From Candidatus Poseidoniaceae archaeon (GTDB lineage: Archaea > Thermoplasmatota > Poseidoniia > Poseidoniales > Poseidoniaceae): 53,217 nt of DNA. Location of the stretch: positions 1 to 53,217 of the forward strand of contig JALRLN010000002.1 of the NCBI GenBank assembly GCA_023254445.1, given 5' to 3'. Positions within the stretch are counted from its first letter, which is position 1. Each line of letters opens with the position of its first letter. Shown here in pieces: positions 1 through 8,807 of this stretch. A program made the translations under genes and the position numbers. The notes under the pieces are model-generated. The model saw nothing but the letters and a program-made list of their open reading frames with translations. It searched no databases and had not been told where the DNA came from.

Positions 1-1
1 C

Positions 2-1672
2 GATGGTGGGGCCTTCGCCTCGTTCGGGCACGTCACCTCGTACTACAACGGGGTGCTGGCCACCGCACCGTACGAATTGGGCTCCTTCCATTACACCGGT
101 GCTCGTGTGTGGACGAACAAACCCGCGAGCGGCGCCATGCGTGGCCACGGAGCCGTGAACACGCGCTGCGCCGTGGAGGTCGGCCTCGACGACATTGCAG
201 AGCAGTTGGCCGTCGACCCGATTTCGCTTCGGATGGCCAACCTTCTCCCGCCCCACAGCAGGACGATTTCCGGCTTTCGCATCACGAGCAACGGCATGCG
301 CGAAGCCCTTCGTCGTGTGAAGGAGGAGAGCGGCTGGGACCAAAAATTCCGTCAGATGCCGCTCGGCAAGGGCATTGGCATCGGCTGTGGCTTCTTCATT
401 TCGGGGTCAGGCCTCCCCATCCACTGGGACCCGAACCGGTTCCCGCACGCCACCGTTCACCTCCAGATCGACATGGACGGTGGCGTGACCGTGCACACCG
501 GTGCGGCGGACATCGGCCAAGGGTCCACCACTGCGGTCGCGCAGGTGGTCTCGGAAGTGTTGGGCTTGCCGCTGGAGATGATCCACGTGCGCAGCCACGA
601 AAGCGACACGAGTCCCGTGGACCTCGGTTCGTACTCGAGCCGTGTGACCTTCATGAACTGCAACGCCGCCATCCGCGCGGCCATGGAGGTCAGGGAGGAA
701 CTGCTCAACGCTGCATGGGACCTGCTCGGATACCACCCGTCGACCCTTGTGATGGTTGACCGGCGGATTGTGTACAAGCACGACCCTTCCATCAGCGTCT
801 CCTACCTTGAGGCCCTCCACAAGGCGCAGGAAGACAAGGGGGCGCTCATCGCCCGCGGAGCCTACCGTTCCCCGCCGATGGGCGGCGTGCACAAGGGTGC
901 GGCTGCCGGTTTGGCCCCCGCCTATTCCTTCTCGGCGTATGTGGCCGAGGTCGACGTGGACATCGAAACAGGTCTGGTCAAATGCACCCGCGTTTGGGCG
1001 GCCCACGACTGTGGGAAGGCCCTCAACCCCCTCGCCGTTGAAGGCCAAATCATCGGTTCGTGCCACATGGGCCTTGGCCAGGTGCTCTCTGAACGCATGG
1101 TGTATGGGCGCACGGGTCACCTGCAAAACGCGAACCTGCTGCAGTATCAGATTCCGTCCGTCCACGAAATGCCGCACGTGACCCCCATCATCGTGGAATC
1201 CAGCGATCCTGAGGGCCCCTTCGGTGCGAAGGAGGCCGGAGAGGGGCCGCTGCTCCCGGTGCTTCCAGCTGTGTGCAACGCCGTCTACGACGCCATCGGC
1301 GTCCGCCCCTCGTCGTTGCCGCTCACGCCAGACGTGGTCTGGGGCGACATCCAGAAGCGCATGAAGGCGGAAGGCGTCGTGGACCCGCTGGACTTGACCG
1401 CGCCGCGCCTTGCGCACGGGCCGCTGCAGGCCACACTGGATGAACGTGCCTCAGACCATGCCGGCCGCGACTCGGCACGGCAACGCACGGAGGACACCAG
1501 TCCCTACGTGAACGGCGTGTTGTTTGGATTCGACCCCGAGCGGCCCCTTGAGGAACAGGCCATGGGCTGGGCAAGCATCGACGACCCCGACCCTGAGAAA
1601 ATGGCCGAGATGGGGTACGCCGGACGTGCATGGCTGCTCAAAGAACAGCGCCATATGGGGGGTGATGCGTGA
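2..1672 (+). CDS. Molybdopterin-binding large subunit of a xanthine dehydrogenase / aldehyde oxidase / CoxL-family Mo-hydroxylase (5'-truncated by window edge)
   Basis: The frame is open from the window edge: DGGAFASFGHVTSYYNG precedes the listed start at 53. Family motifs are present: GHGAVNTR, DIGQGSTT, FGAKEAGEGPL. The substrate-defining active-site loop lies upstream of the window, so no substrate is assigned. The last ~98 aa form a non-canonical tail. Confidence 0.85.
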   Translation, partial: DGGAFASFGHVTSYYNGVLATAPYELGSFHYTGARVWTNKPASGAMRGHGAVNTRCAVEVGLDDIAEQLAVDPISLRMANLLPPHSRTISGFRITSNGMREALRRVKEESGWDQKFRQMPLGKGIGIGCGFFISGSGLPIHWDPNRFPHATVHLQIDMDGGVTVHTGAADIGQGSTTAVAQVVSEVLGLPLEMIHVRSHESDTSPVDLGSYSSRVTFMNCNAAIRAAMEVREELLNAAWDLLGYHPSTLVMVDRRIVYKHDPSISVSYLEALHKAQEDKGALIARGAYRSPPMGGVHKGAAAGLAPAYSFSAYVAEVDVDIETGLVKCTRVWAAHDCGKALNPLAVEGQIIGSCHMGLGQVLSERMVYGRTGHLQNANLLQYQIPSVHEMPHVTPIIVESSDPEGPFGAKEAGEGPLLPVLPAVCNAVYDAIGVRPSSLPLTPDVVWGDIQKRMKAEGVVDPLDLTAPRLAHGPLQATLDERASDHAGRDSARQRTEDTSPYVNGVLFGFDPERPLEEQAMGWASIDDPDPEKMAEMGYAGRAWLLKEQRHMGGDA

Positions 1673-2646
1673 TGCTAACCCCGCCGTTTACGCTCCACCA
1701 TCCAACGACGGTGGACGAGGCATGCGCCTTGGCCGCTCGGCTGCTGGACGAGGGGCGGCCCTTCGACTGGGTGGCGGGTGGAACCGACCTTCTCCCGAAT
1801 TACAAGTGGCACATTGAGACGAAGCCCGACGTGATCTCCCTCGCTCGTATTGATGGTCTCGACGCCATTCAAGCCAACCGTATTGGATGCATGGCTCGGC
1901 TGCACGACATCGCAGCTTCCGAGGAGGTGCACCCTGTGGTGGCCACGTCCGCCTCGAAGGTTGCTTCCAGCCTGATCCGTCGAAGCGCCACCCTCGGGGG
2001 CAATTTGTGCCTCGACACGCGCTGCTATTGGTTCAACCAATCCGAGGACTGGCGACGTTCCATCGACTGGTGCCATAAAGCGGATTGCGGAACAGGGGCG
2101 GATTGCCGGGTCATCCCGAACCAAAACACCCTCTGTGTGGCCACCTACCAAGGCGACGTTGCACCCTCCCTGCTCGTGCTCGACGCAGAGGTGGAATTGA
2201 TCGGACCCTCCGGGGCACGCAGGCTGCCACTGCGTGAGTTTTTCCAGTTGGACGGCATCACGCGTAACGTGCTCCAGCCCGGCGAATTCCTGCTGATGGT
2301 GCACCTCCCCGATGCTGCCTCGAGCCGCCAAGGCGCCTACCGCAAGCTCCGAGTTCGTGAATCATGGGACTTCCCCGAGGCGGGCGTCGCCGCGTCATGG
2401 ATCCCCGGCGACCCGGCCTCCCTGCGCCTTGCGACGACTGGCCTGGAAAGCATTCCCGGTGTCCACGATGCGCTCGTGGCCGAGCACGGGGACTGGACGG
2501 CTCCTGAGGCGCGCCAAGCATTGGCGGAGGCCGTGCGAGGTGCCGTCAAGCCCGTCAACAACACGGCGCTTCCTCCGCGGTACCGCAAGGCGATGGTGTC
2601 CGTGCTCGCTTCTCGAGCGATGGGCGACCTGCTCAAGGGGGCCTAA
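1669..2646 (+). CDS. FAD-binding medium subunit of Mo-hydroxylase (CoxM-like)
   Basis: GTG 1669 / ATG 1672 overlaps the upstream TGA (GTGATG). AGGTDLLPNYK and ATLGGNL motifs are typical of PCMH-type FAD-binding subunits. It sits directly downstream of the Mo subunit. Confidence 0.85.
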   Translation: MMLTPPFTLHHPTTVDEACALAARLLDEGRPFDWVAGGTDLLPNYKWHIETKPDVISLARIDGLDAIQANRIGCMARLHDIAASEEVHPVVATSASKVASSLIRRSATLGGNLCLDTRCYWFNQSEDWRRSIDWCHKADCGTGADCRVIPNQNTLCVATYQGDVAPSLLVLDAEVELIGPSGARRLPLREFFQLDGITRNVLQPGEFLLMVHLPDAASSRQGAYRKLRVRESWDFPEAGVAASWIPGDPASLRLATTGLESIPGVHDALVAEHGDWTAPEARQALAEAVRGAVKPVNNTALPPRYRKAMVSVLASRAMGDLLKGA

Positions 2647-2648
2647 GC

Positions 2649-3593
2649 GTGAACGCGAGGGCGCTCCTGCTTCTCGCCGTCCTGCTCGTCAGCACCGCAC
2701 CCACCGCGTCGTCGCAGTTCCAAGGCCCATCGTGGGAACTTGGATGGGAAGACGACCTCGAGAACGGGCTCGTGCTGAACCTCGACGGAAACAGGTGGAC
2801 GCTCACGCACACCGTCGAATTCTGGATCGCGAACGACCGACCGGTGGACGTCAACATCGACCTCGAGGTGGAACTCCCGGACGATGCTCCTGTTGAAGTG
2901 GACATCGAGGACAGCGTGACGGTGTCCGCAAACGAGAACGCGACCTTCGAACTGACCATCACCGGCATAAGCGCGGATGACGTTCGCGCCTTTGGCGCCG
3001 CGGACCCCTTCCGGTTGACCTTGACGGCCTCGGAGGCCTCGCAAACCGGTTCGGGCACGACGCGGGAGGTGGAGGTTGACCTTGAGTTCCCCCGCGTGCA
3101 CAAGTTGATGCCGTCGATCCCCGCTCCACCCGCCTCCTTTGATGCTGGAACGTGGGTTGACGTTGAGGTTGCGCTACAAAATGACGGCAACACCCGTGAC
3201 GCCGTGGCTGCCGCTGACGTGGAGGTTCGATCGTGCCCCCAACTTGAGGTCGGTGGGTTGGATGCGATGAACAACGTGCTCGTCGATCCCACCGGCGTCA
3301 ACGGGGCCGAACCTGTGACCGTGACGCTTCGCCTGGAAGCGTCGTCCAGCCAACAATCCCGAACCTGCGAGATCACCCTCAGCGTGACGTCGGAGGGCGA
3401 CGGGACGGTACGAAGCACGACCTTCGACGTCGAGGTCGTGGCGGTAAGCAGCACGGACGGTGGCGGCGCTTCGGATGACGTCGGGCAAAGCGACGCCTCA
3501 GTGAGCGACGATGGAAGCCCCCTTCCTGCCCTTGGCGTTCACCTGGGCGTGCTGTGCTTGCTCGGTGCTGCTCTGCGCCGGGAAGGCCCCTGA
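2649..3593 (+). CDS. Secreted acidic protein with C-terminal membrane anchor (function unknown)
   Basis: GTG start 2 nt after the coxM-like stop. N-terminal signal-like segment MNARALLLLAVLLVSTAPTASS. The body is very D/E/T/V-rich. The C-terminal hydrophobic stretch LGVHLGVLCLLGAAL is followed by RRE. Confidence 0.6.
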   Translation: MNARALLLLAVLLVSTAPTASSQFQGPSWELGWEDDLENGLVLNLDGNRWTLTHTVEFWIANDRPVDVNIDLEVELPDDAPVEVDIEDSVTVSANENATFELTITGISADDVRAFGAADPFRLTLTASEASQTGSGTTREVEVDLEFPRVHKLMPSIPAPPASFDAGTWVDVEVALQNDGNTRDAVAAADVEVRSCPQLEVGGLDAMNNVLVDPTGVNGAEPVTVTLRLEASSSQQSRTCEITLSVTSEGDGTVRSTTFDVEVVAVSSTDGGGASDDVGQSDASVSDDGSPLPALGVHLGVLCLLGAALRREGP

Positions 3594-3628
3594 TGCTGTT
3601 GCGTGTTCACGCTGCGGCCAACGCCACT

Positions 3629-3644
3629 GATTTTCTGCAAAATC
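3629..3644. other. AT-rich hairpin GATTTT-CTGC-AAAATC in a 157-nt intergenic spacer (candidate terminator or operator)
   Basis: Perfect 6-bp stem with a 4-nt loop and an internal T4 run, 36 nt after the stop at 3593. It is the only AT-rich island in this spacer. Function not established. Confidence 0.2.
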
Positions 3645-3750
3645 GCTGCACGTCGAGGCGAAGCGGGAGGAGCAAGCGGGGAGAATCATTATGTGCGCCG
3701 GGAGGCTCGGACGGCTACGTTGGTGGACGGGAGACCCGTCAGGTGATTGA

Positions 3751-5358
3751 ATGAGTGAAGAATCCTCGAAGGGACTCGGCCTTGAGTCGTGGCTTCTCGT
3801 GGTGCTCGTGGTCAGCCTTCTTCTCTCTGGAACCTTCATCGCACTGGTGAGCCTGAACAAGGAACCCGTGTTCTCCCCGTACCTCACGGACGCCGACACG
3901 ACGATCAACGCTCAGCAGATTGGCGATTCTCGAACCACCTTTGGCGAGGGTGGCATGGGATACTCCATCGCCAACACGATGTCGACCCCCATGTTGGTGA
4001 ACGACTGGAAGGACCCCCACCGAACCCTCCTGGTGATCGTGGCTCCTGAGAAGCCCTTTGACGCCGCGGAGGCATCGGCCATTCACGACTTTGTGACAAA
4101 GAAGGGCGGGAAGGTCATCCTCGCGTCCAATTCGACGAACGCTCAGCCTGTGGCGGAGTTGTTTGGTGTGAAGTATTTCGGCGACCCAGTCGTCGACCCG
4201 TACCGCTACTACGAAGTGGAAAACGCTGCGACGGGCGCCGCCGAAAACCCGGACGCTCAACGCCTCTGGGCCGTGGCTGGCGTCACCCGCAACGCCACCG
4301 ACATGGGCGAGGCCGCCAAGGTGGCGTGCTCCGAGGAGCAAGTCAGTTCCCGTGACGTTGAGAATTGCAGGCTCCCCGTGCTCTTCCATCGTCCAACCGC
4401 CATCACGGTCCTCGAGGACCAACCGGAGACCAACCGGCGCGTCAACGTCCTCGCTGCCGCGTCAACGCCCGCCTTCATCGCCAGCGTGGACTTCAACCCC
4501 GACAACATCGGCAACCCCATCCTCGGCGAGGGCAAGACCGGCCTCATTGTGCGCATGGACTACCCAGTTGAAGGCGTGCTCGAGCAGCGAAGCCCCGAGT
4601 ACGGAGGCGGGCAGGGCGAGATCAACGTCACCGGCAGCATCGTGTTCGTTTCGGACCACTCCGTCTTCGCCAACCACCTCTGGACGAAGGACGCGGCAGA
4701 GTCTGCTGGTGGCCTCCGCAAGTTGCAATGCTCCAGCGCCCAGTACGAAGGCCGCGAGCCGGCGACCTGCTGGGCGACGGACAGCCAAGGCCTCGCCGTG
4801 GGCGACACCATCTGGCACGGCAACGAACGGTACTTCGAGGCCCTCGTTGGTTCCATGATGGAGCACGACAACGAGGAAATGGCCACCGCCATCATCCGTG
4901 CCAACACCAACTTCAACCTCGTGTACGACGAGAGCCGCCACGTGGCCGGGGCCCTCACGATGCCCTTCACCGAGGCCGTTGGCGCCATCGTCCTCCTCAC
5001 CAGCGATGGCCTGCTGAAGTGGCTGATTGGGCTGAATTTGTTCGCCCTGCTGGCCATCGCCATCATGGTCGTGCCGGAGAAGGAGAACTGGCGCCACGTG
5101 TTCGACCTGACACGATTCCGCGAGCGTCCAACCAAACTGGACCCCTCGCAGTACCAACGCCGGACGCGGGAGGCCTTCCTCTCCAAGGTCCGGCAACTCC
5201 ACGACCTCACGCGGGACGATTTCGCTCGGAAGTCGCCCGCTGAGATCATGCAAATGGTGCGTGAACCGCGCCTCGTCGAACTCGTCAGTTCGACCCGTCC
5301 ATACTCCAACGAGGAACTGAGGGAACTGATCCCGCAGATTCGCCGTTGGGGGAAATAA
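3751..5358 (+). CDS. Membrane protein, DUF4350/GldG-like extracytoplasmic domain; first gene of the MoxR module
   Basis: AGGTGA lies 5 nt upstream of the ATG. N-terminal TM WLLVVLVVSLLLSGTFIALV. LLVIVAPEKPFDAAEASAIHDFVTKKGGKVILAS resembles the DUF4350 core. A second TM pair lies near aa 420-450, followed by a basic cytoplasmic tail. Confidence 0.6.
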   Translation: MSEESSKGLGLESWLLVVLVVSLLLSGTFIALVSLNKEPVFSPYLTDADTTINAQQIGDSRTTFGEGGMGYSIANTMSTPMLVNDWKDPHRTLLVIVAPEKPFDAAEASAIHDFVTKKGGKVILASNSTNAQPVAELFGVKYFGDPVVDPYRYYEVENAATGAAENPDAQRLWAVAGVTRNATDMGEAAKVACSEEQVSSRDVENCRLPVLFHRPTAITVLEDQPETNRRVNVLAAASTPAFIASVDFNPDNIGNPILGEGKTGLIVRMDYPVEGVLEQRSPEYGGGQGEINVTGSIVFVSDHSVFANHLWTKDAAESAGGLRKLQCSSAQYEGREPATCWATDSQGLAVGDTIWHGNERYFEALVGSMMEHDNEEMATAIIRANTNFNLVYDESRHVAGALTMPFTEAVGAIVLLTSDGLLKWLIGLNLFALLAIAIMVVPEKENWRHVFDLTRFRERPTKLDPSQYQRRTREAFLSKVRQLHDLTRDDFARKSPAEIMQMVREPRLVELVSSTRPYSNEELRELIPQIRRWGK

Positions 5359-5376
5359 ACCTGGAGGAATGAAATA

Positions 5377-6516
5377 ATGCAGCCACCCGCCCCGCCCGCA
5401 GCCCCGCCCGCGCCGGCCGCACCTGCAGCTCCGGCGCCACCCGCCCCCGCGGCTCCTGCCGCTCCGGCGGCTCCCGCGCCGGCGCCGCCCGCGCCCGCCG
5501 CACCAGCCGCCCCCGCCGCTCCGGCTGCCCCCGCGCAGCCACGGCACCAAAGCTCCCCCGAGGTCAAGGAGCGTCTCGCCGCCGTCGGTGCGATCTCCCA
5601 GGCCATCGCCGCTGAAGTCCAGAAGGTCATCATCGGGAAGCCCCACATCATCGACAACGTGTTGATCAACATCCTGTCCAACGGGAACCTCCTCTTCGAG
5701 GATTACCCCGGTCTGGCGAAGACGCTGATGACCAACACCTTCGCCGATGCCCTCGGTTGCGACTTCAAGCGTGTCCAGTTCACGCCTGACCTGCTTCCCG
5801 CGGACATCACGGGGACGAACATCTACGACGCCAAGAAGGGTGAGTTCACGTTCAAGCCCGGGCCGCTGTTCTGCAACCTGCTCCTCGCTGACGAGATCAA
5901 CCGTGCCCCGCCCAAGACGCAGGCTGCGCTGCTCGAAGCGATGCAGGAGAAGCAGGTCACCATCGGTACGGTGACCCACAAGCTCCCCTCGCCGTTCATC
6001 GTCATGGCGACGCAGAACCCCGTCGAGCAGGAAGGTACCTACCCGCTTCCCGAAGCGCAGCTCGACCGGTTCATGTTCAAGATGTCCGTCGGTTATCCGG
6101 ACCGCGCGGACGAGGACGAGATCCTCCGCCGCCGTATCGACCGTGGAAAGGACGCTGTCGACGTGGACGTCATCACCGACCCCCAGCGTGTCATCGCCAT
6201 GCAGCAGGCTTGTGAGAGCGTGTACGTCGACCCGAGCCTCCGCATGTACATGGTGGAAATCGTGTCCCGCACCCGCGAGGACCCCCGCGTTCTCGTTGGC
6301 TCCTCGCCCCGTGGTTCGCAGGCGCTCCTCAAGACGTCCCGTGCCGCGGCCGCGCTTCGCGGTCGAGACTTCGTGACGCCGGACGACGTGAAGACCATCG
6401 CCGAATTGGCCATCGCACACAGGATCATCCTGAAGCCCGAGCACCAGATCAAGGGTCTCGAGGCTGGCGAAGTCATCCAGACGATCCTTCGCGAAGTTCC
6501 GGTGCCCACCGTCTGA
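5377..6516 (+). CDS. MoxR-family AAA+ ATPase with Pro/Ala-rich N-terminal extension
   Basis: GGAGG lies 9 nt upstream of the ATG. Motifs GLAKTLM (Walker A) and LLLADEINRAPPKTQAALLEAMQE (Walker B / MoxR signature) are present. No alternative in-frame ATG/GTG/TTG start was seen between the repeat and the ATPase core. Confidence 0.92.
   Translation: MQPPAPPAAPPAPAAPAAPAPPAPAAPAAPAAPAPAPPAPAAPAAPAAPAAPAQPRHQSSPEVKERLAAVGAISQAIAAEVQKVIIGKPHIIDNVLINILSNGNLLFEDYPGLAKTLMTNTFADALGCDFKRVQFTPDLLPADITGTNIYDAKKGEFTFKPGPLFCNLLLADEINRAPPKTQAALLEAMQEKQVTIGTVTHKLPSPFIVMATQNPVEQEGTYPLPEAQLDRFMFKMSVGYPDRADEDEILRRRIDRGKDAVDVDVITDPQRVIAMQQACESVYVDPSLRMYMVEIVSRTREDPRVLVGSSPRGSQALLKTSRAAAALRGRDFVTPDDVKTIAELAIAHRIILKPEHQIKGLEAGEVIQTILREVPVPTV
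5383..5541 (+). repeat. Coding low-complexity GCN/CCN repeat (about 53 codons, only Pro and Ala apart from one Gln)
   Basis: It translates as PPAPPAAPPAPAAPAAPAPPAPAAPAAPAAPAPAPPAPAAPAAPAAPAAPAQP. The opposite strand reads as poly-(G/A). Confidence 0.9.
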
Positions 6517-6554
6517 GCGCGTACGCGTTTGCCTGATTCAGGAGGTTGTGCCCC

Positions 6555-7871
6555 ATGATGTGGAGTCGCAAATCAGCGATGCTCGGAAGCCTCGCTGTCG
6601 CGATGTACCTTCTGGGCCTGACGCTTCGGAACTCGCAACTGGTGACCATCGCCGTCGTGATCTTTGTCGTCCTGACCTGGGCGGCCCTCTTCGGAGGCCA
6701 TGCCGACGTCGCCTCCTCCGGGCGTCGGTCTGAGGAGTTCACAGGCGAAGAGGGCGTGGCCCTCGGCAACGTCTCCGCCATGCGAAAAATGTCCAGCGCC
6801 CGCCTCTTCGAAGACGGTGAACTCAGCGTCACCTTACGGATGCAAAACCACTCTGGGTTGGCCAAGATCCTCGAGGTTCGCGACCGCGTGCCCGAAGTCA
6901 TGCGGATCAAATCCGGGTCGAACTACATCCTGATGGAACTGGGACCTCGCCGTGAGACCTTCATCGAGTACACCGTCGAATGCCCGCTGCGAGGCTTCTA
7001 CAGCCTCGGTCCGGTCGCGGTTCGAATTCAGGATGCCTTCGGCCTCTTCCACCGTGAAAAGGAACTCCACGTGTACAACGACTTCCTTGTCTTCCCCAAG
7101 ATGGAGGACCTGAAGGAAACCTTCGTCAAGTCCCGTGTTCCGAAAATCTTCACCGGGGCCGTCAACATCAGGCAGCCCGGTCCGGGTTCGGAGTTTTACT
7201 CCCTTCGTGAATACTTCGAGGGTGACTCGTTCAGGGCGATCAACTGGTCGGCCTACGCTCGCTCTGGCAAGCTGATGGTGAACGAGCGTGAGCGCGATGC
7301 GGTGTCTGACGTGATTATCATCGTCGACTCCCGGGCCGTGGCTGAAACCGGCCCGGTGAGCCGGAACGCGCTGGTCTACTCCACCCGTGCGGCCGCATCG
7401 TTGGCGAAGTACTTCCTCGGCCGTCGTGACTCCGTTGGCGTCATCGTGTACGGCGATGAAGTCGTCAGCGTGGACCGCGACACAGGAAAGAAGCAGCTGT
7501 ACGTCATCCTCACAAAACTGGCTGGCGCGGTCGCGAAGGGCAACACCCCCCTGCAGGTGGTTGTGAACAGGATCCTTCCCCACATCAACAAGGGCAGCCC
7601 GATCATCGTGTTGAGCAACCTGGAGGACGACCCGACCATCGTGAACGCCTTGCGGGACTTCCGCGCTCGCAATTTCGACGTCACGGTGCTGTCCCCCTCG
7701 TCGCTCGAGTTCGAGTTTGACGCGAAGCGGTTGGACCGTACCGGGTACGAGGTCATGAAGACCGAGCGGGACGTGCTGATCGGGGAATTGCGCGGCCTCG
7801 GCGTGAACATCATGGACTGGGAGCCCGACATGCTCCTGTCAACCGCCCTTGCTGGGGCTCGAGGATTCTGA
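6555..7871 (+). CDS. DUF58 (vWA-like) protein, MoxR partner
   Basis: Hallmark LREYFEGDSFRAINWSAYARSGKLMVNERERD...VIIIVDS. Two N-terminal TM helices. ATG 6555 lies 9 nt after GGAGG (6541-6545). The listed TTG at 6546 abuts the SD and is less likely. Confidence 0.8.
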   Translation: MMWSRKSAMLGSLAVAMYLLGLTLRNSQLVTIAVVIFVVLTWAALFGGHADVASSGRRSEEFTGEEGVALGNVSAMRKMSSARLFEDGELSVTLRMQNHSGLAKILEVRDRVPEVMRIKSGSNYILMELGPRRETFIEYTVECPLRGFYSLGPVAVRIQDAFGLFHREKELHVYNDFLVFPKMEDLKETFVKSRVPKIFTGAVNIRQPGPGSEFYSLREYFEGDSFRAINWSAYARSGKLMVNERERDAVSDVIIIVDSRAVAETGPVSRNALVYSTRAAASLAKYFLGRRDSVGVIVYGDEVVSVDRDTGKKQLYVILTKLAGAVAKGNTPLQVVVNRILPHINKGSPIIVLSNLEDDPTIVNALRDFRARNFDVTVLSPSSLEFEFDAKRLDRTGYEVMKTERDVLIGELRGLGVNIMDWEPDMLLSTALAGARGF

Positions 7872-7882
7872 GGTGAGCAAGG

Positions 7883-8803
7883 ATGGCACAGAAAACGTCC
7901 GGCGACACCTCCCACCTGTACGACGGGAAGGTCGTTCGCTCCTCAGCACCCAGCCGGAAGGCCATCGCCGGGAACGCTGGTATCGGCACGGAAATCCCGA
8001 AGGACGCCATCCCTGAACTGCAGATCCCGACCTTTGTCGAGAGTTTGCTCGGTGGTCCAATTGTTCCCAAGATGAAGTTCCTGCCGCCGGACAAGATGGT
8101 GCAAAACCTCCAATTGGCCGTGTACGGCCTGTTGATGGCCCTCGCCTTCCTGACCCTCATCGTCTCGCCGGGGTCCGGCACCCTCTGGTACATGCTCTTC
8201 GGCAGCATTGGCGTGGCGACCGCCTTGCAGGTGGTCGTGATCTCCGTGGCTACCGTCAGCGGTTTTGTCGGTACGTTCCGACGTGACGGGCGCTTCATGC
8301 TCCTGTCGAACTTGTTGTTCATCCTCGCCATTTTGCGCTTCGCTTCCTCGAAGGTGGCCTTGGCGTTCGACCCCTTCGGCCTCGCGGACCGCCCCTTCCT
8401 GCTCAGCAGCCTGGTTGTGGTCTACGCGGTGTTCCTGATCATGTACATCGAACTCGGGAACGGTGTGTTGCGGTACAGCATGCTGGACACGAGCATTCGA
8501 ACGAACGAAGTCTACGTCATGAACCCGGGGAAGATCGTCGGGAAGTACCACCGGGCCCTCGTCATCAACCCCGTGGTGTCCGTGGTGCTCGCCACCTTGG
8601 TGCTCTCAGCCAACAAGATCCTCCCCTTCATCGTCGGTCTGTTGAACTCTGAAACGGCCCTTCGAATGGAGGAGTCGGTCGAACTGACCTCCGTGTACGG
8701 CGTGGCCCTCGGGACCCTGTTCGTGTTCATCGTGACCGGCGCCTTGTTCATGCTCAACCTGCCGGGCGCCGTGCAAAAGTGGCGCGAAGCGCGAAGCGAG
8801 TGA
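7883..8803 (+). CDS. Polytopic membrane protein, last gene of the MoxR module (function unknown)
   Basis: GAGGTGA overlaps the upstream stop. There are at least 6 hydrophobic helices. No catalytic motif recognised. Confidence 0.6.
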   Translation: MAQKTSGDTSHLYDGKVVRSSAPSRKAIAGNAGIGTEIPKDAIPELQIPTFVESLLGGPIVPKMKFLPPDKMVQNLQLAVYGLLMALAFLTLIVSPGSGTLWYMLFGSIGVATALQVVVISVATVSGFVGTFRRDGRFMLLSNLLFILAILRFASSKVALAFDPFGLADRPFLLSSLVVVYAVFLIMYIELGNGVLRYSMLDTSIRTNEVYVMNPGKIVGKYHRALVINPVVSVVLATLVLSANKILPFIVGLLNSETALRMEESVELTSVYGVALGTLFVFIVTGALFMLNLPGAVQKWREARSE

Positions 8804-8807
8804 AGCC

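Noticed and set aside
3500-3593. PGF-CTERM / archaeosortase sorting signal on the secreted acidic proteins (also at 20390-20540 and 26150-26337)
   Set aside because: The C-termini have a TM helix plus basic residues but no PGF (or similar Pro-Gly-Phe) motif preceding it. A plain type-I membrane anchor is the simpler reading.
5383-5541. GC-rich tandem DNA repeat as a possible non-coding satellite or CRISPR-like array
   Set aside because: The units are degenerate 3-nt-periodic GCN/CCN codons inside a well-supported ORF, with no spacer/repeat architecture. It is a coding low-complexity tract and is reported as such.
4462-6444. 660-aa minus-strand ORF (and similar ones at 15418-17721, 30870-33077, 48546-50693, 27403-28425, 28362-29645)
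   Set aside because: All are antisense to better-supported plus-strand genes (MoxR module, the 693-aa ORF, atpI, smc/scpA/scpB, KaiC-like genes). They have low-complexity R/G/P/H-rich translations and lack SD or start-context support.
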